Made by a program: the position numbers and the translations under genes. DNA of 64,000 bases from an uncultured Fibrobacterota bacterium (GTDB lineage: Bacteria > Fibrobacterota > Chitinivibrionia > Chitinivibrionales > FEN-1185), in contig CAVWBU010000027.1 in the NCBI GenBank assembly GCA_963753345.1, positions 128,001 to 192,000 of the forward strand, given 5' to 3'. Under the pieces are notes generated by a model, which saw only the letters and a program-made list of their open reading frames with translations, made no database searches and was not told the origin of the DNA. This document shows, in pieces, positions 19,372 to 27,450 of this stretch. The first letter of the stretch is position 1. Each line of letters starts with the position of its first letter.

Positions 19372-19524
19372 CGCGTTAGGGGCGACCGGAGGCCGCGCTG
19401 GAGCGCGGTGCCGCCCGGACCCGGCCCTGTGGGCCATAGGGCCGAGGCGGCCCGAGGCCCTCGGCTGAGACCGGAGGAAGAACCGGCCCGAGCCTGAGCA
19501 TTTGCGATGGCGAGGGAAACGCCC
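19372..19524 (-). repeat. Structured dispersed repeat, family 1 copy B
   Basis: Minus strand reads GGGCGTTTCCC...CCGGTTCTTCCTCC...CCCTATG...CCTCCGGTCGCCCCTAACGCG; very GC-rich with several hairpins, inside AT-rich flanks. Confidence 0.65.
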
Positions 19525-19558
19525 ATTATTTAACATTGCTCAGGCTAATGCAAGAGTA

Positions 19559-19587
19559 TTGACAAATATATTTCCACCGACTATATT
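19559..19587 (+). promoter_or_regulatory. Putative sigma70 promoter
   Basis: TTGACA-17 bp-TATATT. Confidence 0.7.
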
Positions 19588-19598
19588 TATTGTGATTC

Positions 19599-19636
19599 AA
19601 GCCCGCACGCTTTTGGCTTCGCGGGCTTCATTTTTT
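19599..19636 (+). terminator. Terminator-like hairpin
   Basis: AAGCCCGC (19599-19606) pairs with GCGGGCTT (19621-19628), followed by CA and T6. Confidence 0.55.
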
Positions 19637-19795
19637 GTCTGCGCCTGGTTCTGGTAAACGGACATCGCTCGCGGTACAAATTACCTTCTCGTTCGCTATC
19701 AAATAACAATCACGCTCCACGGCACCCGCGGACGGCCGGCTCGTGCGGTTTCCGTTGCGCGCGTCCGTTGAAGACGCATCGAAAGGAAGTGCAAT

Positions 19796-20710
19796 ATGAG
19801 CACCGGCACCATGATGAAATCTCCGGACGGCATACTCTGGCAGGACTATCGCGCGTCAAACACCGGCATGGTGGTGTTCTACGCGTCTGACCCCGTGTCC
19901 GAAATCGCGGTACGCGAGATTGCAGAAGACATTGATTCTCCCGTGGTCCCGGAGCCGAACTATGAATCGGGCACCTACGGGTTCTACGGCTGTTCGAGGA
20001 CCAAAATCCGCGGAGCATTCGCAAAAAGCAAGATTCGCTATCTGTTTTTTCTCACGAAGTACGCGGGGAATAAGGACGGTTACAAGGACAAGATGCTCGT
20101 TACCGGCTATTTCCGCATTGCCAAGACTGCCGACGTGCAGAAACTGCACCTGCGCTATCTGAGCGAGTATTCCTGCATCGACGCGCCCACCTGCATCGCG
20201 CTGAGGGCCGACGAAGTTCGTTTTGTCGGTCTGCAGGACGCCTTTGAAGTGTCTCCCGACCAGCTCAAGACGTGGGGATTCAACGCAAAAGTATCAAAGC
20301 AATTACGCATCATTCTGAGCGTCGAGCAGACGTCACAGCTTCTTGAATTCCTCAAGAGCAAGCCCAACCAGCTTGATGTTTACGTATCGGAGACCAAGCG
20401 GCTGTCTCCGTTCGATGAAGAAGCTGCGGATGAAGAGGAAGAGGAGGAGTCACTAGAATTTAAACAAAGCGAGGGGCAAGAACCTGTAACCGAGGCTTCT
20501 CCCGATGTGCCGCAACCAGTTGAAAATCAGTCACCCGCATCGGAGCTGCCAATGCAGGGTGAGGTGAAAGAACCTCCAGCCGAAATCAAAATAGAAGCCC
20601 CCTTGCCAGTGCCGGACGCAACTCCATTGCCGCAGGAAACTACCCAGGGTGATGCGGTCGTGCCGCCTCCCCAACAGGAAGGTTTTGCCGGGCAGCCGCC
20701 GGTCGTGTAG
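19796..20710 (+). CDS. Hypothetical protein; globular N-domain (possibly Nmad-like) with acidic/Pro-rich tail
   Basis: PEPNYESGTYG..C..KIR...YLFFLT...TGYFRI core, then EEAADEEEEEE and a P/E/Q-rich tail. Confidence 0.7.
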   Translation: MSTGTMMKSPDGILWQDYRASNTGMVVFYASDPVSEIAVREIAEDIDSPVVPEPNYESGTYGFYGCSRTKIRGAFAKSKIRYLFFLTKYAGNKDGYKDKMLVTGYFRIAKTADVQKLHLRYLSEYSCIDAPTCIALRADEVRFVGLQDAFEVSPDQLKTWGFNAKVSKQLRIILSVEQTSQLLEFLKSKPNQLDVYVSETKRLSPFDEEAADEEEEEESLEFKQSEGQEPVTEASPDVPQPVENQSPASELPMQGEVKEPPAEIKIEAPLPVPDATPLPQETTQGDAVVPPPQQEGFAGQPPVV

Positions 20711-20740
20711 CCGTGCACCACGACGTCGGATAACGCAATC

Positions 20741-21802
20741 ATGGAGCGCATAATTGAGGCCCGTGTCCAGAGGGCCATCAGCGAAAAAGTGTTTCCCGGC
20801 TGTGTTGTCGGTTTTGTGTCCAAAGCAATGCCGCCGACAATTCTGCCTTTTGGCCGGCACACGTATGATGTGCATTCCACGACGATGAACGAAGATTCCA
20901 TTTTCGACGTGGCATCCATCACCAAGGCGATTCCTACATCGAGCCTGGCGCTGCAGCTTATCGATTCAGGCAGACTCCCGCTCGACGACAAGATAAACAA
21001 ATTCATTCCAAAATTTTCCAGCTCACAAAGCGATAAGGTGCTTGTCCGCCATCTCCTCACCCAGACCGTCAATTACAATTTCCGGCTTTCCTCGCTCAAG
21101 GACGGCGGTCCGCAGGCCATTCTCAACGCGATTTGCACCGGCGAACTTGCCGACGAACCGGGTTCAACATTCTTCTATTCGAACGCGACCAGCATTCTCC
21201 TCGGAATGGTCGTGGAAAAAATTTTCGGGGAAGGTCTTGCCGTGTCGGCGCAGCGGGAATTTTTTGACCCTCTCGGGATGACTCGCACATCATTTTTTAC
21301 GGAGGGATTCTCAAGGAACGACATTGTTCCAACGGAAATAGATCCATGGCGGCGCCGTACGATACAGGGTGAGGTTCACGATGAGAGTGCATGGGCGCTC
21401 AGGCAAGTCATGGTGGCGGGTTCGGCAGGATTGTTTTCCACGGTCCCGGACATTCTGCGCTTTCTAAGAATGTTGCTCAATGATGGTTTCCAGGGGGGCA
21501 GAAGATATTTTTCAGCCTCTTGTCTTGAGCAGATGGTTACCAACCAGATCCCTTCCCTTGGTCTGCAGGCGGGACTCGGCTGGGAACTCAACCAGGAGCG
21601 CTACATGGGTTCTTTTTGCTCGCGTTCCACGATAGGCAAGACAGGATTTACCGGGTGTGTCTGCATGGCCGATATGGCCGCGAAATCGGCCTTGGTAATG
21701 CTGTCGAACTGGACGTATCCGTCCCGGAAACCAGACGCCGCGGCGATAGACTGCGTGCGGCGCGACATTGCCGACATCATTTTTTTATCCGTCAATAAAT
21801 AA
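20741..21802 (+). CDS. Serine hydrolase (class C beta-lactamase-like family)
   Basis: FDVASITK (SxxK), YSN, GEVHDE, GSAGLFST, GKTGFTG. Confidence 0.9.
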   Translation: MERIIEARVQRAISEKVFPGCVVGFVSKAMPPTILPFGRHTYDVHSTTMNEDSIFDVASITKAIPTSSLALQLIDSGRLPLDDKINKFIPKFSSSQSDKVLVRHLLTQTVNYNFRLSSLKDGGPQAILNAICTGELADEPGSTFFYSNATSILLGMVVEKIFGEGLAVSAQREFFDPLGMTRTSFFTEGFSRNDIVPTEIDPWRRRTIQGEVHDESAWALRQVMVAGSAGLFSTVPDILRFLRMLLNDGFQGGRRYFSASCLEQMVTNQIPSLGLQAGLGWELNQERYMGSFCSRSTIGKTGFTGCVCMADMAAKSALVMLSNWTYPSRKPDAAAIDCVRRDIADIIFLSVNK

Positions 21803-21829
21803 GAGAACTCTCGTGGAGGGAGCCTGCAA

Positions 21830-23215
21830 ATGACGAAACGGAAATTCAGAAAACGCATAGCATGCGTCGGCGCAGGATATGTGGGCGGTCCCACCATGGC
21901 CGTTATCGCGTCGAAATGCCCGGATATCAAGGTCACGGTGGTTGACATCAGCGCACCCCGCATTGCGGCGTGGGAGAGCGACAACCTGCCTATTTACGAA
22001 CCCGGCCTTCTCGACGTGGTGAAAAAGGCAAGGGGCAGGAACCTGTTTTTCTCCACGGACATCGACGCGGCGATCCGTGATGCCGGAATCGTGTTCGTGT
22101 CGGTCAATACGCCAACGAAAACGTTCGGGGAGGGCACGGGAAAGGCGGCCGACCTTCAGTACTGGGAGAAAACCGCGCGGAACATCGTGCGGGTCGCGGA
22201 TTCCGACAAGATAATCGTGGAGAAGAGCACCCTGCCGGTGCGCACGGCCCACGCCATGGAAAGGATTCTCAACGCCAACAGCAAGGGCATTCATTTCGAG
22301 GTTGCGTCGAATCCGGAATTCCTGGCCGAGGGAAGCGCGGTCAAGGATCTCCTGAGTCCCGACCGTGTTCTCATCGGGACGCATGAGACAAAGTCGGGAT
22401 TTGCCGCGCGGAGGGAACTGGTCGATCTTTACGCTCACTGGGTTGACAGAAAGAACATCGTCACGAGCAATGTGTGGAGCGCGGAATTGTCAAAACTCGC
22501 GGCCAATGCATTCCTTGCCCAGCGGATATCGTCGATCAACAGCATCTCAGCCATCTGCGAAAAGACCGAGGCGGATGTGGCGGAGGTGGGGCATTCCATC
22601 GGCATGGACAGCCGTATCGGTTCAAAATTCCTGCAGGCCAGCGTGGGGTTCGGCGGGTCATGCTTCAGGAAGGACATCCTTAACCTTGTGTATCTATCTG
22701 AGCACTATGGACTTGCGGAAGTTGCTCATTATTGGGAGATCGTAGTTCAGATGAATGATTTTCAAATGACACGGTTTGTTCGCACCATGATAAGCGCAAT
22801 GTTCAACACTATCGCAAAGAAGCGAATCGCCATCCTGGGCTTTGCCTTCAAGGCGAACACGGGAGACACGCGCGAGTCGCCGGCAATTTACATAACGAGA
22901 AAGCTTCTGGAAGAACAGGCGCATGTGGTGATAACCGACCCAAAGGCGCTTGCAAACGCAAAGGCCGACCTCGCGGACTGCAAGGGGACGGTAGAATTCG
23001 TGAGCGATCCGTATGCCGCGGTAAGGGGCGCGCATGCCATGGCCGTGTGCACGGAATGGGATGAGTATACGCGGCTCGATTTCAAACGGATATATGCGAG
23101 CATGGAAAAACCGGCGTTTGTTTTTGACGGCCGCAACATCCTCGATCACCGGCGGTTGTTTGAGATCGGGTTCAACGTGTTTCCGGTTGGGAAGAGGCCG
23201 TTCACCCATTTCTGA
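21830..23215 (+). CDS. ugd: UDP-glucose 6-dehydrogenase
   Basis: GAGYVGGPT, SVNTPTK, EKSTLPV, NPEFLAEG, GFGGSCF, FAFKANTGDTRES, FDGRN. Confidence 0.96.
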   Translation: MTKRKFRKRIACVGAGYVGGPTMAVIASKCPDIKVTVVDISAPRIAAWESDNLPIYEPGLLDVVKKARGRNLFFSTDIDAAIRDAGIVFVSVNTPTKTFGEGTGKAADLQYWEKTARNIVRVADSDKIIVEKSTLPVRTAHAMERILNANSKGIHFEVASNPEFLAEGSAVKDLLSPDRVLIGTHETKSGFAARRELVDLYAHWVDRKNIVTSNVWSAELSKLAANAFLAQRISSINSISAICEKTEADVAEVGHSIGMDSRIGSKFLQASVGFGGSCFRKDILNLVYLSEHYGLAEVAHYWEIVVQMNDFQMTRFVRTMISAMFNTIAKKRIAILGFAFKANTGDTRESPAIYITRKLLEEQAHVVITDPKALANAKADLADCKGTVEFVSDPYAAVRGAHAMAVCTEWDEYTRLDFKRIYASMEKPAFVFDGRNILDHRRLFEIGFNVFPVGKRPFTHF

Positions 23216-23288
23216 TATTTGGCGGGGATGTTTGATGAATCCCACAGCGAGCGACTATAAGTATGTTTTCTTTCCATAGGGATGGAAG

Positions 23289-23352
23289 ATTGTCACTTCG
23301 TTCCCTAAGGTGTTGTAGTTGCGCTTCGCGCAAATATTATGTCGTTTGCCTT
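23289..23352 (-). repeat. ~65-nt dispersed motif, family 2 copy B
   Basis: Minus strand AAGGCAAACGACATAATA-TTT-GCGCGAAGCGC-AACTACAACA-CCTTAGGGAACGAAGTGACAAT. Confidence 0.85.
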
Positions 23353-23354
23353 TT

Positions 23355-23374
23355 CCCCGCAGCTTGCTGCGGGG
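23355..23374. repeat. REP-like palindrome
   Basis: CCCCGCAGC-TT-GCTGCGGGG, a perfect 9-bp inverted repeat next to family 2 copy B. Confidence 0.7.
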
Positions 23375-23438
23375 TTCTTCAATACCGGGAGTGCAGGTCG
23401 TCCTGCTCGCGCATAAAGTTCGATTGACGTATCAATCC

Positions 23439-23475
23439 AAAAAAAAACAACCGATTCATCACCGGTTGCTTTTTT
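23439..23475. terminator. Bidirectional intrinsic terminator between convergent ugd and trpB2
   Basis: A9-CAACCG...CGGTTG-C-T6. Confidence 0.6.
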
Positions 23476-23508
23476 ATCAATAGACAAGTCCGTCAGCAAT
23501 TCACCTTC

Positions 23509-24909
23509 TCACCACTTGCCGGTCTTGACCATTTTTGCCTTCGGAAGGGCCTTAAGGTCCGCCTCTGCGCGCTCGATCTCCGATTGCGGAAGATCAAAGT
23601 CGCTGAGCTTGCCGTCGAAGAATTTCTGGTACCCTCCGAGGTCAAGCATGCCGTGGCCGGAAAGGTTGACAAGAATGACTTTTTCCTTGCCTTCCTCTTT
23701 TGCTTTCTTTGCTTCCTGGATCGTAGCGGCAATCGCATGGGACGTCTCGGGCGCCACCACAAAACCTTCGGTCTGCGCCCAGAGCATGGCGGCTTTGAAG
23801 CACTCTATTTGAGCTACGGCGCGCGGTTTGAGAAGTCCTTCAACAACCGCCTGACTCACCAGCGGCGCCATGCCGTGGTACCGCAGTCCGCCGGCGTGGA
23901 TGGGCTCGGGGACAAAGTTGTGTCCCAGAGTGTACATGGCGGCCAGCGGCGTCATTCCCGCCGTGTCGCCCGAATCGTAGGAAAATATGCCGCGGGTCAT
24001 TGAGGGGCAGGATGTTGGCTCAACCGGGATGATCTCGATCTGCGCGCCGTTGATCTTGTCGTAGACAAACGGGAAAGCGATGCCGCCGAAATTGCTGCCG
24101 CCGCCCGCGCAGCCGATGATGATATCCGGCTTCTTGATGCCGACCTTGGCAAGCTGTTTCTTTGCCTCGAGGCCGATTATCGTCTGGTGCATAAGCACGA
24201 AATTGAGGCAGCTGCCGATGGAATAGCGTGTTTTGCCGGTCGGGTCGGTCACGGCAGCTTCAATGGCTTCGCTTATCGCCATGCCGAGGCTTCCCGGAGT
24301 ATTCGGGTCCTTGGCAAGGAACGCGCGGCCTGCCTGTGTTTCGCTGCTTGGCGAGGCGATGCATTTTCCGCCCCAGGCTTGCATCAGGCTTTTGCGAAAA
24401 GGTTTCTGCTCAAAGCTGATGCGAACCATAAACACCTTGCATTCAAGGCCGACAAGCTTGCATGCGAGACTCAGGGCCGATCCCCACTGTCCTGCGCCGG
24501 TCTCGGTCGTCAAACGCTCGAGTCCGAATTGCTTTGCGTACCACGCCTGAGGTATCGCCGTGTTCGGCTTGTGGCTCCCTGCAGGCGACACACTTTCGTC
24601 TTTGTAATATATCTTGGCCGGCGTGCCAAGGGCTTCCTCGAGGTACACGGCGCGGCGGAGCGGCGACGGTCTCCAGCGGTACAGCATATCGAGGATTTCC
24701 TGGGGAATGTCGATCCACCGCTTGGTGCTGTATTCCTGCTCAACAAGGTTCATGGGAAAAACCGGAGCCCAGCCTTCGGGCGGGACCGGCTTGCCGTCCG
24801 GACCGAGGTAGGGAAGCATGGGAGACGGAAGGTCGGGTTTCAGGTTGTACCATTGGCGCGGAATCTCGTCTTCGTTCAGAAGGATTTTTACGGGCAGCTT
24901 GACGGGCAT
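23509..24909 (-). CDS. trpB2: TrpB-like PLP enzyme (TrpB2, stand-alone)
   Basis: IPRQWYN, SPAGSHKPNTA, TETGAGQWG, GGGSNF, HAGGLRYHG, APETSHA, LSGHG. Start at 24909 with AAAGGAG RBS. Confidence 0.93.
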   Translation of the reverse strand: MPVKLPVKILLNEDEIPRQWYNLKPDLPSPMLPYLGPDGKPVPPEGWAPVFPMNLVEQEYSTKRWIDIPQEILDMLYRWRPSPLRRAVYLEEALGTPAKIYYKDESVSPAGSHKPNTAIPQAWYAKQFGLERLTTETGAGQWGSALSLACKLVGLECKVFMVRISFEQKPFRKSLMQAWGGKCIASPSSETQAGRAFLAKDPNTPGSLGMAISEAIEAAVTDPTGKTRYSIGSCLNFVLMHQTIIGLEAKKQLAKVGIKKPDIIIGCAGGGSNFGGIAFPFVYDKINGAQIEIIPVEPTSCPSMTRGIFSYDSGDTAGMTPLAAMYTLGHNFVPEPIHAGGLRYHGMAPLVSQAVVEGLLKPRAVAQIECFKAAMLWAQTEGFVVAPETSHAIAATIQEAKKAKEEGKEKVILVNLSGHGMLDLGGYQKFFDGKLSDFDLPQSEIERAEADLKALPKAKMVKTGKW

Positions 24910-24963
24910 AACGGCTCCTTTATGGTTCGTGAAATACAATGGCCTGATGAAACGATTAGTGAT

Positions 24964-24991
24964 AAAATACTTTAGCCGTGCGTACTGTCAA
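24964..24991 (-). promoter_or_regulatory. Putative promoter for trpB2
   Basis: Minus strand TTGACA-16 bp-TATTTT. Confidence 0.45.
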
Positions 24992-25129
24992 GAAAATCAG
25001 ACGTTTTCCGCATAAACATCTGCCGACCTGTGCGATGAAGTCGCCGCAATAATGCCTCCCTGCGGCGAAATCTATTTTGAAGCCGTCGTTCTTCATCACC
25101 CCTTGTCTTATACGAACGGGAATTCTCCC

Positions 25130-27406
25130 ATGAACCTTATGGTTGCCGTTTACACCGTTTTTCTCTGCGCAGCCGTCCCGCCGCAGGCCCAGAAAAAACT
25201 TGTTGTTCTCGCCTCCGGCGAAACGCATGCGACGCTTGACGCATGCGATTGTCCGAACGCTCCGGGCGGCGGGTTCGCCAAACGTGCGACACTGGTGGCG
25301 AAAATGCGGGACTCAAGCGAAGTCGTTCTCGTGGACGCGGGAGGGTTTGCGGGCGGCGGGGTCTACGATGCGTACACCGGGGGCCGCGCCCAGGATTCTA
25401 TGCGGACGCTGGCGGCCCTCCGCGCCATGGGATACATGAAATACGATGCCGCGTGCATCGGAGACGACGATCTCCAATACGGCGGAAGATGGCTTGCATC
25501 GCAGGCCGCGGCCGCGGGGGTTCCTCTCGTGTCTGCGAATTGCTTCGGGCCGGACGGCAGGGTCCTGGGGGCTTCGTATGTGATAGTCCAGCGTGGCGGG
25601 CATGTGTTCGGCATCACCGGCGTGACCACGCAGGAGCGAATCGTACAAATGGATGATTCCGTTACGGTAAAGCCGCCGGTCCCCGCGATTCGCCGTATCT
25701 GGGCGGACCTGAGAAAGAAATCCGAGTTTCAGATAATTCTGGCGCATCTCGGCGAAGACGACAGCCGCAGCCTCCTCGATTCGTTTCCCGAATGCGCTCT
25801 TGTCGTCAATGGACACCGCAAGAGTTCCACTGATGAATTCATCACCGATCGCGGCCAGGTGATGCTGCAGTTCGGGTTCCAGGGCAAGGCGCTTTCTTTT
25901 GCGGAAATCGCGCCCGACAGCAGGGGCATCGGCATTGCAAGAAACGGATGGCTGGACGTCGGGCCCGCAATCCCCGATGAACCGGTGGTTGCAAAGCTCG
26001 TCACGCTTCCATCAGTCGGCGGTGCGCCGGGCGCGAAAACCGTTTTCGACCTGTATATTATGTCGCAATGCCCGTACGGTTGCGCCGCTCTCAGGGAATT
26101 CGTGTCGTTTGCCGCAGCATTCCCGCAGGCGGAATGGCATGTATGGTTCATCGGCTCGGTGTCCATCGACGGCAGCATGACCTCGCTTCACGGCGCGGAC
26201 GAAGTGAGCGAGGAACTTCTGTGGCTTTCGGTGCATGCACTGTATCCCGGGAGATGGCTTGAATTCCTCACGAAACGTTCCGCTTCATTCGAGACAAAGA
26301 CGGAGGCGGTGATACGGTCCATGGGGCTTGACGTGTCCAAGCTGCGGACCTGGGTTGCCAAGAAGGGCCGGGCCGAGCTTGCCATGCAGTATACCAGGTC
26401 GATGCGCATGGGCATCAATTCTTCTCCATCGCTTCTTGTCAACAACACGATATTTCAGGACGACATTACGAAACCAAGGATTGCAAAAATCGTATGCGGT
26501 TCAGGCGAGGGAAAGTCCGCGTACTGCGATTCACTGCCCGAGTGCTTTGCAGATCGTGACTGCAGAAAACCGGGGAAAACCGGCACGTGCGTTTCGCATA
26601 AAGGCGCGAAAGCTGCATGCGAGTTCACCGATGCAGTGCGTTTCACGCTTGCCGTCCTTATCCCCGACACCGTATTTTCGCATCCGGAAACAGGGGCTAT
26701 TGCAAGCCTTCTCGCAGATTTTCCCGGCATGGTAATAGACACCGTGCGGCTTAGTTCGAAGCGCGGCGCATCCATGGCTGCGCTGTATAATCCACCGTTC
26801 CTGCCGTTCTTCCTTTTCGATACTGCGATTGCCACAACGCCCAATTATCGCGGCGTTGCGTCGACGCTGGTGCCGGCGCGGAACAAATTCACGTTCGGCC
26901 CCGGCATGGTCAAGCCGTCGTACTTTTACAAGCGGAAAACAATGCCGCGGGCGTTTGCATTGTATGTCGATCCGGCATTTCCCGGTGCGAAAGACGCGGT
27001 CCGGATCGTACTTGACGCGGGCAGGAAAAGCAAGGGCGTTTCAGTGAAGCCTCTGGTGTATGATTCGGCCGGTCCCGGCACAGAGGAGACGATGCGCAAC
27101 GAAGAAGCGCTCCGGTGGCTTGTGCTTGCGGGCAAATATCCGGCGGTATTCGGGCGCTACCTTGAGCGTTTTGTCGAAAGGGCAACCACGTCATACTGGT
27201 TTACGGACTGCAAGAAGCTCGGGATCAATGTTGACGAATTCGTAACCATGGTGCAGAAAAACGGCCCGCTGCTGGCTGCGCACCGGAAGGAAATTGCGGA
27301 GCTGGGCATGCGGGAACCCGTGGAGGTTCTCGTTGACAACAGGGAAGTGGTGGCGGTGAAGAACCAGAAGGAACTGGGTGATTTGCTGTGGAAAGTGTTG
27401 AAGTGA
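25130..27406 (+). CDS. Exported multidomain protein: 5'-nucleotidase-like N-domain plus thioredoxin/DsbA-like domain
   Basis: Signal-like N-terminus; GETH..DACDC..GGFAKRAT, LVDAGG, PLVSAN, ILAHLG, NGH; then LYIMSQCPYGC, SLHGADE, GINSSPSLLVN. Start uncertain. Confidence 0.7.
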   Translation: MNLMVAVYTVFLCAAVPPQAQKKLVVLASGETHATLDACDCPNAPGGGFAKRATLVAKMRDSSEVVLVDAGGFAGGGVYDAYTGGRAQDSMRTLAALRAMGYMKYDAACIGDDDLQYGGRWLASQAAAAGVPLVSANCFGPDGRVLGASYVIVQRGGHVFGITGVTTQERIVQMDDSVTVKPPVPAIRRIWADLRKKSEFQIILAHLGEDDSRSLLDSFPECALVVNGHRKSSTDEFITDRGQVMLQFGFQGKALSFAEIAPDSRGIGIARNGWLDVGPAIPDEPVVAKLVTLPSVGGAPGAKTVFDLYIMSQCPYGCAALREFVSFAAAFPQAEWHVWFIGSVSIDGSMTSLHGADEVSEELLWLSVHALYPGRWLEFLTKRSASFETKTEAVIRSMGLDVSKLRTWVAKKGRAELAMQYTRSMRMGINSSPSLLVNNTIFQDDITKPRIAKIVCGSGEGKSAYCDSLPECFADRDCRKPGKTGTCVSHKGAKAACEFTDAVRFTLAVLIPDTVFSHPETGAIASLLADFPGMVIDTVRLSSKRGASMAALYNPPFLPFFLFDTAIATTPNYRGVASTLVPARNKFTFGPGMVKPSYFYKRKTMPRAFALYVDPAFPGAKDAVRIVLDAGRKSKGVSVKPLVYDSAGPGTEETMRNEEALRWLVLAGKYPAVFGRYLERFVERATTSYWFTDCKKLGINVDEFVTMVQKNGPLLAAHRKEIAELGMREPVEVLVDNREVVAVKNQKELGDLLWKVLK

Positions 27407-27450
27407 GATTGGCTTTGATTGGTACCTTGAAAAACAACCCACCAATCCAA

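Noticed and set aside
19043-19524. Possible HDV-like or hammerhead ribozyme
   Set aside because: CCTCC elements are suggestive, but I could not build the nested double pseudoknot or find a CUGANGA/GAAA core.
19019-19526. Several short ORFs after queA
   Set aside because: No RBS or motifs; better explained by the structured repeats.
20741-21802. Antibiotic-resistance beta-lactamase
   Set aside because: No signal peptide, and the GEVHD/GSAGLFS motifs fit general serine hydrolases of this fold.
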